This document shows positions 31,470 to 42,258 of a DNA stretch of 64,000 bases, in pieces. The stretch is taken from NCBI GenBank assembly GCA_963750165.1, contig CAVVPN010000003.1, positions 288,001 through 352,000 of the forward strand, written 5' to 3'. Position 1 is the stretch's first letter. Each line of letters starts with the position of its first letter. A program made the position numbers and the translations under genes. This DNA comes from an uncultured Gemmataceae bacterium. GTDB taxonomy: Bacteria; Planctomycetota; Planctomycetia; Gemmatales; Gemmataceae. Under the pieces are notes generated by a model. That model did not search any database and had not been told where the DNA came from. It saw only the letters and a list, made by a program, of their open reading frames with translations.

Positions 31470-33293
31470 ATGAGCACCACACACTCTCCCGAGGTCCACG
31501 CCCACCCACACCCCGAGCTTGGGTTTTTGCGGAAGTACATCTTCTCCGAAGACCACAAGATCATCGGCATTCAGTTCCTGTTCACGACGCTGATCTTCCT
31601 GGGCATCGGCGGTATGCTGGCGATGTTCGTGCGCATGCAGCTGGGCTGGCCGCACGGCGAACTGCCCGGCTTCAGCCAGATGTTCCAGCGCAGTAACGGC
31701 GGCCGCATGTCCGGCGATTTTTATAACATGCTGTTCACCATGCACGCCTCGGTGATGATCTTCTTCGTCATCATCCCAATCCTGGTGGGCGCCTTCGGTA
31801 ACTTCACGATCCCGTTGATGATCGGCGCCCGCGACATGGCGTTTCCGAAGTTAAATATGCTGTCGTACTGGTTCATGTGGCCGGCGATGGTGTTCATCCT
31901 GTTGAGCTTCACCGTCCAGGGCGGTGCCGCCGCGGCCGGCTGGACCTCGTACCCGACGCTGGCCAGCGCCTCGATGCCGTGGGGCGGCGGCTTTAACGCG
32001 CCGGCGGCGCCGGGCTCTGGCATGGGTCAAATCTGGTGGCTGACGGCGCTGCTGTTCGTCGGCATCTCGTCGATGATGGGCTCGGTGAACTACATCACGA
32101 CTATTGTGAACCTGCGGGCCGCCGGCATGACGCTGTACCGCATGCCGATGACGACCTGGGCCATGTTCATCACCGCCATCCTGCAGGCGTTCGCGCTGCC
32201 GGTGCTGACGGTCGGCCTGATCCTGCAACTGCTCGACAAGACCATCGGCACGACCTTCTTCCTGCCTCCGGCGGGCATTGACTTCGGCAACTATCACATC
32301 GGCCCCGGCGGCGGCCAGCCGCTGCTGTGGCAGCATGTGTTCTGGTTCTACTCGCACCCGGCGGTGTACATCATGATCCTGCCGGCGATGGGCATGGTGT
32401 CGGACATTATTTCCACGTTCGCGCGGCGGCCGCTGTTCGGCTACCGGGCGATGGTGTATTCCATTGCGGGCATTGCCGGCCTGGGCTTCATTGTCTGGGG
32501 CCATCACATGTTCCAGAGCGGCATGGACCCGCGGCTGGGCACCGGTTTCATGATTGCCACCATCATGATCGCGCTGCCGTCCGCCGTGAAGGTGTTCAAC
32601 TGGCTGGGCACGGTCTGGAACGGCAACCTGCAATTGACGACGCCGATGTTGTTCGCGCTGGCGTTCGTGGCCATGTTCATCATTGGCGGCCTGAGCGGTA
32701 TTTTCATGGCCGCGACGCCGGTGGACATCTTCATCCACGATACCTATTTCATCGTCGCCCATCTGCACTACGTGCTGTTCGCCAGTAGTTTGATGGGCAT
32801 CTTCGCCGGCATCTATTACTGGTTTCCCAAGATGTTCGGCCGGTTGATGAATGAGCCCTGGGGCAAGGTCCACTTTTTCCTCACGTTCGTGGCGGGCAAC
32901 TGTGTGTTCTTCCCGATGCACATCCTGGGCGTGGCCGGCCTGCGCCGCCGCATCGCGGACGTAACCGCCTCGAACCTGGAGGCGCCGCTGCTGGGCATGA
33001 ATCAGTTCATCAGCATTAGCGCCTTCGTGCTGGGGGCCGTCCAGGTGATTTTCTTTGTGAACTTCTTGTGGAGCCTGTTCCGCGGCAAGGTCGCGGGCCG
33101 CAATCCGTGGAACAGCAACACGCTGGAGTGGAGCGCTCCGTCGCCGCCGCCGCACGGCAACTTTGAGGTGGACCCGGTGGTGTTCCGCGGCCCGTATTTC
33201 TATGGCGAACTGGGCATTGAGGAGGACCATGTGCCGCAGTTTCAGGCGCCGGATGGCAAGTCCGGCAACCTCACGCCGGCGGGGCATCATTAA
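31470..33293 (+). CDS. coxA: Cytochrome c oxidase subunit I, type A2
   Basis: DHKIIG, FTMH, FWFYSHPAVY (YS motif), WGHHMF, VAHLHY, RR. Confidence 0.97.
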   Translation: MSTTHSPEVHAHPHPELGFLRKYIFSEDHKIIGIQFLFTTLIFLGIGGMLAMFVRMQLGWPHGELPGFSQMFQRSNGGRMSGDFYNMLFTMHASVMIFFVIIPILVGAFGNFTIPLMIGARDMAFPKLNMLSYWFMWPAMVFILLSFTVQGGAAAAGWTSYPTLASASMPWGGGFNAPAAPGSGMGQIWWLTALLFVGISSMMGSVNYITTIVNLRAAGMTLYRMPMTTWAMFITAILQAFALPVLTVGLILQLLDKTIGTTFFLPPAGIDFGNYHIGPGGGQPLLWQHVFWFYSHPAVYIMILPAMGMVSDIISTFARRPLFGYRAMVYSIAGIAGLGFIVWGHHMFQSGMDPRLGTGFMIATIMIALPSAVKVFNWLGTVWNGNLQLTTPMLFALAFVAMFIIGGLSGIFMAATPVDIFIHDTYFIVAHLHYVLFASSLMGIFAGIYYWFPKMFGRLMNEPWGKVHFFLTFVAGNCVFFPMHILGVAGLRRRIADVTASNLEAPLLGMNQFISISAFVLGAVQVIFFVNFLWSLFRGKVAGRNPWNSNTLEWSAPSPPPHGNFEVDPVVFRGPYFYGELGIEEDHVPQFQAPDGKSGNLTPAGHH

Positions 33294-33300
33294 TGATTGT

Positions 33301-33378
33301 TCTGCCGCTTGCGGCCTGGCGGGCTGCAACCCTTCTGAGACTCAATTGGGTTGCAGGCGCCAGGCCGCAAGCGGCAGA
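33301..33378. repeat. REP-like inverted repeat, family B
   Basis: tctgccgcttgcggcctggcg ... cgccaggccgcaagcggcaga. Confidence 0.85.
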
Positions 33379-33428
33379 CAAGACGGGTCGCAGCGTCAGG
33401 TTATTGGGTTGGGTTCTTTGAAACGGAT

Positions 33429-34411
33429 ATGGCCACCACCCTCACCACTCCTGTCCGCCACGGGATCCGGCCCGGCGCCTGGGCCCACGGCTGGGCGGTG
33501 CTGACGGCCGCGTGTACGCTGCCGCTACTGACGCTCGGCGCGGAGGTGACCACGCACGGCGTCGGCATGGTGGACCGCCGCGGCTTCCGCGAACCGTGGC
33601 ACCTGCTCGCCCTGTGGCTGCAGGGCGAACCGCTGACGCCGGGCTACGTGATCGAGCATTCGCACCGGACGTTTGGCTTTCTGGTCGGCATCTGTGTGAT
33701 CGTGCTGACGGTGAGCCTGTGGCTGTGTGAGCCGCGCCGCTGGGTGCGCTGGACGGGCGTGGCGGCTTTGGCGGGCGTCTGCATTCAAGGGGTACTCGGC
33801 ATCCTGCGCATCGATCTCAACGCCCTGATGGGCGGTACGCTGCCGCTGGTCCACGGCCTGTTCGCCCAGCTGGTGTTCGCGCTGCTGGTGGGCCTCGCCG
33901 TGGTGACCTCGGGCGGCTGGCAGACGGCTCAGCCCGCGGCGGACACGGAGCGCGTCGCCAACCTGCGGCGCTGGTCGGTGACAGCGGCCGGGCTGGTGTA
34001 CGGTCAGATCATCCTGGGGGCGCTGGTGCGGCACAAGGATTTCGCGCTGGGGCGCGGGCGCACCTGCTCCTGGCGTTCGGCGTGGTCGCGGCGCTGGTCT
34101 GGCTGGCGAAAATGATCTTCACCGAGGTCGAACCGGATCGGCCGGTGCGGCGCGGCATGGGTGTGGTGCTGGTGATCCTGGTGGTGCAACTTTGGCTGGG
34201 CGTCGAATCGTGGCTGAGCAAATTTGCGGGGATGGGGCAAGCGCTGCGCCAGGCGGAGCCGCTGCCGGTACACGCCGAGCTGGTGCGGTCGCTGCACTAC
34301 CTGACCGGGGCGTTGCTGTTCTCAACGACGGTGGCGCTGGCGCTGCTGGCGCACCGCTCCGTGATCGCCGCCTGGCAGTCCGCGGCGCCGACCAGGGAGG
34401 GGGCAGCATGA
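33429..34411 (+). CDS. ctaA: Haem A synthase (COX15/CtaA); frameshift near 34052
   Basis: IEHSHR, QGVLG, VHGLFAQ, GALVRH, then AHLLLA and RSLH in the next frame. Confidence 0.85.
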
Positions 34412-35334
34412 AGACCGAACTCATCGCCACCGCTGCCCTGCCCGTGGCCCGCTCGCGCCTGGCCGATTACGTCGAACTGACCAAGCCGCGTATCGCCGTG
34501 CTGGTGCTGTTCACCGTCGCCGCCGGCTACTGGCTCGGCAGCCTCGGCAGCACGGATCCGCTCGGATTGCTGCACACGGTCTGCGCCACCGCTCTGATCG
34601 CCGCCGGGGCCAGCGCCCTCAACCAGCTGCTGGAGCGCCACAGCGACTCCCGTATGCGCCGCACCGATCAACGGCCGCTGCCCGCCGGCCGGCTGCTGCC
34701 CGTGGAAGTGCTGGTGTTCGGCCTGGCGCTGGGACTGTTCGGGCTGGCGTACCTGGCGCTGGCGGTGGGCCGGCCCCTGCCGGTGCTGGTCGCCGCGGTG
34801 ACCTTCCTCGGCTACGTCGCGGTGTACACGCCGCTGAAACGGCTGACGGTCTGGAACACGCTGGTGGGCGCGGTCCCCGGGGCGTTGCCGCCGGTCATCG
34901 GCTGGGCGGCGGCACGCGGCACGCTGGACGCGGACATCGGCGCGGTGTTTTTGATCCTGTTCCTGTGGCAGGTGCCGCACTTCCTGGCCATCGCCTGGAT
35001 TTACCGCGACGACTACGGTCGGGCCGGGCTGCGGATGCTGCCGGTGGGCGACCCGCTGGGCAACCGTACTGCCCGGCACATGGTCGGCTTCTGCGCGGCG
35101 CTGGTGCTGGCGAGTCTGCTGCCGGTGCTGCTGCGGTTGGCGGGGCCGGTGTACCTGGTGGGTGCCTTGCTGCTGGGGCTGCTGTTCCTGCGGGCGACGC
35201 TGCGGTTCTGGCTGGAGCGGACTGCCGTGCAGGCTCGGGGCGTCCTGCGGGCGTCGCTACTGTATCTGCCGTTGCTGCTCGCGCTGTTGTTGTTGGAAGG
35301 GGTGTTGCGCCTGACCATCCACGACCCAGGATAG
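34408..35334 (+). CDS. cyoE: Protohaem IX farnesyltransferase (haem O synthase)
   Basis: ELTKPRI, NQLLERHSD.RMRRT..RPLP.GR, YTPLKR, GAVPGALPP, WQVPHF. Confidence 0.95.
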   Translation: MKTELIATAALPVARSRLADYVELTKPRIAVLVLFTVAAGYWLGSLGSTDPLGLLHTVCATALIAAGASALNQLLERHSDSRMRRTDQRPLPAGRLLPVEVLVFGLALGLFGLAYLALAVGRPLPVLVAAVTFLGYVAVYTPLKRLTVWNTLVGAVPGALPPVIGWAAARGTLDADIGAVFLILFLWQVPHFLAIAWIYRDDYGRAGLRMLPVGDPLGNRTARHMVGFCAALVLASLLPVLLRLAGPVYLVGALLLGLLFLRATLRFWLERTAVQARGVLRASLLYLPLLLALLLLEGVLRLTIHDPG

Positions 35335-35347
35335 AAGTTGATCTCTC

Positions 35348-36883
35348 ATGACACAAACGCTTCTGCAAGAGCCGAAACCGACGACCCACGCCGAACACGC
35401 TCCGGGGCACCCGGCCGGGCACATGGGCCTGCCGCTGCCGCACGGCAAACTGGCCATGTGGCTGTTCCTCATCACGGAGATCATGTTCTTCACCGGGCTG
35501 ATCGGCGTGTACATTATCCTGCGCAACGGCCAGCCAACCCGCAGCGAGCCGTGGCCCACCCCGCATGACGTTCACCTGGTTGAGTGGATCGGAGCGCTGA
35601 ACACCTTCGTGCTCATTTGCAGCAGTTTCACCGTCGTGCTCGCCCACCTCGCCCTGGGCAAGAAGAACGTCCGGGCGGCGGTCGGCTACATCGCCGTCAC
35701 GCTGGCCCTGGGCTGCGTCTTCCTGGGCATCAAGGCCTACGAATATCAGGCCAAGTTCCAGCACGAAATCCTGCCCGGCAAGATTCCGGAAAAGCTCGAC
35801 ACCCCCGCTGGCTTCCGCTACGTCAACCACGTTCGCGACCAGCTGGAAAAGATCGTCAAGGAGCCGGCCAAGTTCACCGGTGCCTCGAACCTGTCGATGT
35901 GGCACTGGAACTACTTCCTGCGCCAGGTGGACAGGCTCAAGACCGCGAACAACGCCGCCCGGGTCGAAATCGACAACAAGTACAAGGAGGCCGGCACGAA
36001 CTTCGACACGCTCGACCCGGAACTGGCTAATCAGGTGGCCAAGCCGCTGGAGAGACGCAAGAAGATCGAGGCGGACTTCTCGGACATCAAGAACCTCGAA
36101 AAGGTCGATCCGGCGCTGGCGAAACAGATCGCCGGCCTGGACGCGAAAAAGGCCGCCGTCGAGAAGAAGTACGCGACCACCAAGGACTTCAGCAAGCTCG
36201 ACCCGGAACTGGCGAAAACGCTGGCCGGGCTGAAGGGCAAGGAGAAGGACAAGGCTGCGGCGAAAGCGATTACGGACGCCCGGGAGAAGAAACTGTTGCC
36301 CCTGGAGAACGCCAAAACCGCGGCCATCGAAAAGGCCAAGGGCTTGCTGATTGCCCCCATTGATGCCCAGGTCGCCAGTGAGGTGAACGCCGCCAAGGAC
36401 CGAAAAAAGAAGATCATCGACGACGCCATGGCCGCGGCGATCGAGAAGGAACGCAAGGTCCTGTACGACCTGCACCGCGACCTGCACCCGGTCATCGACA
36501 GCTGGGAACTGCTGGAAAAGCTGCCGAACCTGACGCCGAAGCAGCTCAACCTGGAAGTCGCCGGCAGTCACGTCAAGCCCGTGGACCGGGTGCCGGGCTA
36601 CAAGGTGGACAAGGGGTTGCTGGAGAAACACGAGGACAGGGATTTGCAGGTCGCGCATGCCATCCCGTTCGGCAACATGTGGGCGTCGTGCTACTTCGCC
36701 ATGACGGGCTTCCACGCCCTGCACGTCTTCGGCGGGTTGGTGATTTTCGTCATCGTCCTCGTCCTGGCGGCCAGGGGCCGCTTCGGGCCGCAGCACGAGA
36801 GCATGCTCGAACTGACCGGGCTGTACTGGCACTTTGTTGACATCGTGTGGATTTTCCTGTTCCCGCTGCTATACCTGGTGTGA
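35348..36883 (+). CDS. coxC: Cytochrome c oxidase subunit III with a large soluble insertion
   Basis: [30 protein letters not shown]-terminal [27 protein letters not shown]. Confidence 0.92.
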   Translation: MTQTLLQEPKPTTHAEHAPGHPAGHMGLPLPHGKLAMWLFLITEIMFFTGLIGVYIILRNGQPTRSEPWPTPHDVHLVEWIGALNTFVLICSSFTVVLAHLALGKKNVRAAVGYIAVTLALGCVFLGIKAYEYQAKFQHEILPGKIPEKLDTPAGFRYVNHVRDQLEKIVKEPAKFTGASNLSMWHWNYFLRQVDRLKTANNAARVEIDNKYKEAGTNFDTLDPELANQVAKPLERRKKIEADFSDIKNLEKVDPALAKQIAGLDAKKAAVEKKYATTKDFSKLDPELAKTLAGLKGKEKDKAAAKAITDAREKKLLPLENAKTAAIEKAKGLLIAPIDAQVASEVNAAKDRKKKIIDDAMAAAIEKERKVLYDLHRDLHPVIDSWELLEKLPNLTPKQLNLEVAGSHVKPVDRVPGYKVDKGLLEKHEDRDLQVAHAIPFGNMWASCYFAMTGFHALHVFGGLVIFVIVLVLAARGRFGPQHESMLELTGLYWHFVDIVWIFLFPLLYLV

Positions 36884-36916
36884 CGCAAGCGCCGTTCGCG
36901 GCGAGGAGAAGGCAAC

Positions 36917-37279
36917 ATGGCGGAAAGTCACGGCGGCGAGCACGGACACCACGGCCCCACTATCATGCTCTACCTGGGCGTGTTCGCGGCTCTGTGCGTG
37001 TTCACGGCAATGTCGTTCGGCATTTTCGAGGTGCTGAGCGAGCAGAAAATGATTGCCATGCTGATTATCCTCCTCGTGGCTGTCTGCAAGGCGTTTCTGG
37101 TCGCCACCTACTTCATGCACCTGAAGTGGGATTGGGGCAAGGTCTACTTCATCATGATTCCGGTGATGATCGTCGCCCTGATGATGATGCTCGTGCTGCT
37201 GCCGGACATCGTGCTCGACTGGCACCACGAGCACGAGCGCGACGAACCCGCCGCTGAGATCACCCACGATCATCACTAA
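36917..37279 (+). CDS. coxD: Cytochrome c oxidase subunit IV
   Basis: KAFLVATYFMHLKWD motif, 3 TMs. Confidence 0.88.
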   Translation: MAESHGGEHGHHGPTIMLYLGVFAALCVFTAMSFGIFEVLSEQKMIAMLIILLVAVCKAFLVATYFMHLKWDWGKVYFIMIPVMIVALMMMLVLLPDIVLDWHHEHERDEPAAEITHDHH

Positions 37280-37289
37280 CGAGGCCCTC

Positions 37290-38381
37290 ATGCGTGCCGC
37301 GGTTGTCGCCCTGATACTGCTCGCCCTGGCCGCCCCGGCCCGGACCGACGAGCCGACAGGCGCCCCCGCATCCTTGCGCACCCATGTCGGCGCCGTGCCG
37401 GACTTCACGCTGACCGAGCGCAGCGGCAAGCAGGTGCGGCGCGACGACCTCAAGGGCAAGGTCTGGGTCGCCGCCTTCACCTACACCTGCTGCGACACCG
37501 GCTGCGACAAGCTCACCGCCAACCTGGTCAAACTGCAAAAGCGCCTCGCTGACTGCCCGGACGCGCGGATCGTCACCTTCAGCGTTCACCCGGAGCAGGA
37601 CACGCCGGCAGTGCTGGAAAAGTACGCGAAAAAGCACGAGGCCGACGCCGACCGCTGGCTGTTCCTGACCGGCGACGAGAAGGCCATGTACGCGCTGGTG
37701 GAGCAGGGGTTCAAGCTGGCCGTCTCCCGCAACAAGGACGCCCCGAAGGGGCAGGACGTCCAGCACAGCTTTTTCTTCATGGTGGTGGACCGCCGGGGCC
37801 AGATCCGCGGTTACCTCGACGGCCGCAAGGCGGAAAACATGCAACACCTGGAAAAGCGTGTCCGGGAACTGGTCGCGGCCAGGGCGGGTGACCCCGACGC
37901 CAGCGCCGCGGACGACCTTGACGCACCGCAGCCACGCCCGGAGCCGCCACAGACCAGCGTCTTGCCCGCCGTCAACGCCTTGCTCAACGGGGCCTGTGCG
38001 CTGCTGCTCATCCTCGGTTACGTGTCGGTGCGGCATGGGCGGATCACCCTGCACAAGGTCTGCATGCTGACGGCGCTGTGCGTGTCGGTGGTGTTCCTCG
38101 GCTGCTACCTGTATTACCACTTCGCTGTCAAGAACGGCGAACCGACCCGCTTCCCCGGAGTGGGCTGGGTGCAGCCGGTCTACTACGGCATCCTCGGGAC
38201 GCACACCGTCCTGGCGGCCCTGGTGGCGCCGCTCGCCCTGCTGACGACGTACCGCGGCCTGCGCGGCACCATCACGAAGCACACGCGGCTGGCGCGCTGG
38301 ACGCTGCCGATCTGGTTGTACGTGTCCGTTACCGGCGTGGTTGTGTACTGGATGCTGTATCAGCTGTATCCTGCCCACTAA
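37290..38381 (+). CDS. SCO copper chaperone fused to a DUF420 membrane domain
   Basis: PDFTLTERSG, CDTGC (CxxxC), SVHPEQDTP, QHS; then NALLNG, H..CML, HTVLA, H.RLARWTLPIWLYVSVTGV. Confidence 0.88.
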   Translation: MRAAVVALILLALAAPARTDEPTGAPASLRTHVGAVPDFTLTERSGKQVRRDDLKGKVWVAAFTYTCCDTGCDKLTANLVKLQKRLADCPDARIVTFSVHPEQDTPAVLEKYAKKHEADADRWLFLTGDEKAMYALVEQGFKLAVSRNKDAPKGQDVQHSFFFMVVDRRGQIRGYLDGRKAENMQHLEKRVRELVAARAGDPDASAADDLDAPQPRPEPPQTSVLPAVNALLNGACALLLILGYVSVRHGRITLHKVCMLTALCVSVVFLGCYLYYHFAVKNGEPTRFPGVGWVQPVYYGILGTHTVLAALVAPLALLTTYRGLRGTITKHTRLARWTLPIWLYVSVTGVVVYWMLYQLYPAH

Positions 38382-38392
38382 AGCGGATTGCG

Positions 38393-38480
38393 GTTGGGTG
38401 TAGCGGAAGTCGCCAGACTTCCGTCCGGTGCTGCTCGGAAGTCTGGCGACTTCCGCTACACCCATTCGAAATCTGCAATA
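38393..38480. repeat. GTAG-type REP doublet (REPIN-like), family D
   Basis: gggtgtagcggaagtcgccagacttccg...cggaagtctggcgacttccgctacaccc; 87/88 identical to the inverted copy at 47437-47524. Confidence 0.92.
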
Positions 38481-38506
38481 AGCAGGCGGACAAGGTCGGC
38501 CATGCT

Positions 38507-38586
38507 CTCCGAGCCGCGCACGCAGCGCAGCGGAGTAAGCGGCCGCACCAGAGCTTACTCCGCTGCGCTACGTGCGCGGCTCGGAG
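38507..38586. repeat. REP-like palindrome, family E
   Basis: ctccgagccgcgcacgcagcgcagcggagtaagc ... gcttactccgctgcgctacgtgcgcggctcggag. Confidence 0.88.
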
Positions 38587-38643
38587 GAAAAAGTGCTACC
38601 CGGTTTTCGCGTCCGGGTTACAATAGGTGAGAAGGAGGCGGTC

Positions 38644-38970
38644 ATGCGCTGGTTGCTGCTGCTGTTGGTCCTGACCGGGGTGGCGTTTCTGCTGACACCG
38701 CACGCCGCTGTGGCGTGTCCGCTGTGCCGCGATGCCGTGGCGGCATCCACCATTCTCGAAGGGGACGACGGCGAGACCGAGGAAGAGGACGGCATCAGCG
38801 TCGGCGCCGCCTATAATTACAGCATCTATCTGATGATCGCCGTGCCCTATCTGTCGTTGGCCGTCGTGTCCTTTCTGATCTACCGTGGCCTGAAGAAGAA
38901 CGCGGACTATCTCCGAGCCCACGGCAAACTGGTCGAGAACCCGCTGGCCCCACCCGCCAGCCAGTGCTGA
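38644..38970 (+). CDS. Small exported membrane protein with CxxC (ACPLC)
   Basis: RBS AGGAGG, signal peptide, CPLC, TM YNYSIYLMIAVPY. Confidence 0.8.
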   Translation: MRWLLLLLVLTGVAFLLTPHAAVACPLCRDAVAASTILEGDDGETEEEDGISVGAAYNYSIYLMIAVPYLSLAVVSFLIYRGLKKNADYLRAHGKLVENPLAPPASQC

Positions 38971-39105
38971 CCCGCTGCCACGGCTCCTGGGCTGTTCGGG
39001 CGTGGGCGGCTCGCAACCCTGCCGCTTGTCGGTGAGATGGTCCGCACGGACGTTTCCAGTCACTGACCGCCGGCGACCCACCGCCGGCCCGGCAAGGGGC
39101 CTCTC

Positions 39106-40653
39106 ATGCTCTCCAGCTACAGCCGCCGCGAATTCGTCACGCAGTCCGCCGCCGCCGCCACTCTGGCCAGCCTCGGCGACTTCCGCTTCCTGGACGGTCT
39201 GCCGTCACTCAGCGCCGCCCAGGTGCAGGTCCAGCCCAACATGGTGCAGTTCAGCCCGGACATCGAACCGCTCGTCCGCTTCCTCGAAACCACCGACCGC
39301 AATGACCTCATCGCCGCCGCCGCCCAGCGCGTCCGCAGCGGCACCAGCTATCAGCAAATGCTCAGCGCCCTGCTGCTGGCAGGCGTGCGCAGCATCAAGC
39401 CGCGGCCGGTCGGCTTCCAGTTCCACGCGGTACTGGTGACCAACAGCGCCCACCTGGCCAGCATCGCCGCCCAGGACCGCGACCGCTGGCTGCCACTGTT
39501 CTGGGCCATCGACAACTTCAAAAACTCGCAGGCCACCAACAACCGCCAGAACAACGGCTGGGTGATGCCGCCCGTCGCCGAGGCCCAGGTGCCCGCCGCC
39601 GGCCAGGCCCGCCAGCGCTTCCACGAGACGATGGACAACTGGGATGTGGACGGTGCCGACCGTGCGGTCGTCGGCCTGGTGCGCTCCGCCGCCGCGGCCG
39701 AGGTGATCGAGCCGTTCTGGCGCTACGGTGCCCGCGACTTCCGCGACATCGGCCACAAGGCCATTTATGTCGCCAACGCCTGGCGCACCCTGAACACCAT
39801 CGGTTGGCGGCACGCCGAGCCGGTGATGCGTTCGCTGGCGTTCGCGCTGCTCGACCACGAGGCCGGCAACCCCGCGCAGCGCGACGCCGAGCCGGATCGG
39901 CCGTGGCGTGAGAACCAGCAGCGTGTGCTGCGCATCCGCCCCGACTGGCAGCGCGGCCGCCTGGCCGAGACGGCGGCGCGCGACGTGGTGCAGGCGCTGC
40001 GTACCGCCACGCCCGGCGAGGGCTCCGAACTGATGGTGCGGCTGCTGAACCAGGGTGTGAGCCCGGCGAGCCTGTGGGACGGTATCTTCCTGACCTCCGG
40101 CGAACTGCTGATGCGGGCGCCGGGCATTGTCGGGTTGCACTGCGTCACCAGCGTCAACGCCCTGCACTTCGCCTTCCAGAACTGCGGCAACGACGAGACG
40201 CGGCAACTGATGCTGCTGCAGGCGCCGGCGTTCCTGGTGATGTTTCGCCAGCGTCTGGGCAACAACCTGCGCAACCTGCACGTGGATATGTTGGAACCGC
40301 TGAACCCGACCGCCCAGGGCGCCGAGGCGGTGCAGGAAATCCTGACCGACTTCAGCGGCGCCGGCAACGGCAACAGCCGGGTGAACGCGGCCCGCAAGAC
40401 CATTGCGCTGCTGCAGGGCGACAACACCGGCGCCCGCGCCGAAATGCTGATGGCGGGGGCGCGGCGGCTGATCTTCAGCAAGGGCCGCGATTCGCACGAC
40501 TACAAGTTCAGTTCGGCGGCGCTGGAGGATTTCTATCACACGACGCCGGCGTGGCGCAACCGTTTCCTGGCGATGGGCGCCTTCTATCTCAAGGGCGCCA
40601 ACGACGCCAACAATAACCTCATTCAGCGCGCCGAGGCGGCGCTGTCGGCGTGA
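39106..40653 (+). CDS. Tat-exported hypothetical helical protein with His motifs
   Basis: SRREFV Tat motif; FHAV, IGHKAIY, LHCVT, DSHDYKF. Confidence 0.8.
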   Translation: MLSSYSRREFVTQSAAAATLASLGDFRFLDGLPSLSAAQVQVQPNMVQFSPDIEPLVRFLETTDRNDLIAAAAQRVRSGTSYQQMLSALLLAGVRSIKPRPVGFQFHAVLVTNSAHLASIAAQDRDRWLPLFWAIDNFKNSQATNNRQNNGWVMPPVAEAQVPAAGQARQRFHETMDNWDVDGADRAVVGLVRSAAAAEVIEPFWRYGARDFRDIGHKAIYVANAWRTLNTIGWRHAEPVMRSLAFALLDHEAGNPAQRDAEPDRPWRENQQRVLRIRPDWQRGRLAETAARDVVQALRTATPGEGSELMVRLLNQGVSPASLWDGIFLTSGELLMRAPGIVGLHCVTSVNALHFAFQNCGNDETRQLMLLQAPAFLVMFRQRLGNNLRNLHVDMLEPLNPTAQGAEAVQEILTDFSGAGNGNSRVNAARKTIALLQGDNTGARAEMLMAGARRLIFSKGRDSHDYKFSSAALEDFYHTTPAWRNRFLAMGAFYLKGANDANNNLIQRAEAALSA

Positions 40654-40662
40654 GCTCTGCTG

Positions 40663-40712
40663 TTCTGCCGCTTGCGGCGTAGCGGGGAAGCGCTACGCCG
40701 CAAGCGGTAGAA
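40663..40712. repeat. REP-like hairpin, family B (may act as terminator)
   Basis: ttctgccgcttgcggcgtagcg-gggaag-cgctacgccgcaagcggtagaa. Confidence 0.85.
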
Positions 40713-40869
40713 ACAGGAAGTTGCGCGATGCCATTTCAGCCGATGACATGTTGAAGCACCTCGGCGGCGCCCTCCTCACCACCGGTCCTCTTCTGCCGGC
40801 TCGATCGGTGGCACCTTGCCAGGTACTTGACGAAAGGTCTCGAGTTCCAGCGCCGGCTACGCAGGACAG

Positions 40870-42205
40870 TCATTTCCCAATACAGAATCGGCTGAAAATG
40901 CGGTCCAGCAAATCCTCCGTGTAGACAGCGCCGACCAGCGCCCCCAGTTGGTCGAGCGCCCGCGCAGCTCCAGCGCCAGGATTTCGGGCGGATCCTCGTG
41001 CAGCGCCACGCCGTGCGCCAGCCGCAGATGGTTCAGGCACGCCTCGACGTGATGACGGCAGCGGCTCAGACTCGGCGCCAGCGCCGGCTGCCGTCGCGCC
41101 CGCGCCCGCTCCGCCAGCAGCCGCCGCAGTGCGTCCAGCCCCGTGCCGCTGTGGGCGCTGGTCGCCAGCAGACCGGGCGGCGCCGCGGCCAGGTCGCACT
41201 TGGTCGCGATCATCACGACCGGCGGCCGACCCGCCTCCACCAGCCGTCGCTGCTCCGCGTCCAGTGCCGGCGCGGCAGCCTCGACGCACAGTAGCAGCAG
41301 GTCCGCCTGCGCCGCCTCGGCGCGGCCGAGCGCCTGGGCCCGGCCCTCGACCGCATTGACAGCGGTGCGCCAGCCGGCCGTGTCGAGCAGGTCCAACGCG
41401 ACACCGCCGAGGTCGAGGCGGCGCTGCAGATAGTCGCGCGTCGTGCCCGGCTGTGGGCTGACCAGCGCCGCGGCGGCCCCGGCCAGGGCGTTGAACAGGC
41501 TGCTCTTGCCGACGTTCGGCCGCCCCGCCAGCACCACGCGGAACGGTCGCTCGGAGACAGCCCGCTCCTGCAACTGTTTCCGCAACAGCGTCACCAGCGC
41601 CAGCCCCTTGCTCAGCCGCAGCAGCAAAGCGTCCTGGGCGATGAAGTGAATGTCCTCGTCGGCGAAGTCCAGGCCCGCCTCCACGTCGGCCAGCAGGTTG
41701 AGCAGATCCTCGCGGCAGTCCTGCAGCGGCCGCGTCACGCCGCCGGCCAGCTGGGCCAGCGCCTGCTTCAACTCGTCGCGGCTGCCGGCCTCGATGACGC
41801 CGAGCACCGCCTCCGCGCGCGGCAGGTCCAGCTTGCCGGCCAGGAACGCACGCAGCGTGAACTCGCCTGGCTGCGCCGCCCGCGCCCGGCGTTCAGACAC
41901 TCCGCGATCAGCACTTCGAGCAAGGGTGGACAGGAGATGGTGTGCAGCTCGACTAGCGGTTGGCCGGTGTAGGTGCGCGGCGCCGGCCAGATGTAAAGGT
42001 CGGCGGGCAGCGGCGCGGTCACGTCGGGCAGCCGAACCGCCCCGGGGTGGAGGCGGCGCTGTTGTGGGTCCACGTCGTCCGCCGTGTGGAAGACGCGCAG
42101 CGCGACGGTCAACGCCGCCGGCCCCGTCAGCCGCACGATGGCGCGGCCGCCGGGGCCGGGGGCGGTGGCGAGGGCAACAATGGTGTCCTGCGGATCGGGC
42201 AGCAT
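40870..42205 (-). CDS. mnmE: tRNA modification GTPase MnmE; frameshifts near 41886 and 40960
   Basis: DTIVALATAPG, PRTYTG, PGEFTLRAFLAGKLDL, GRPNVGKSS, GTTRD, DTAG, TKCD, IFSRFCIGK. Confidence 0.93.
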
Positions 42206-42258
42206 GGTGCTCTGAGTTTACTCCCCCTCGCCCCCTAGCAGTGGGTGAGAGGGCCCTG

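Noticed and set aside
40721..40860. Short coding-like stretch between the Tat protein and mnmE
   Set aside because: No recognisable motif, start or RBS in any frame
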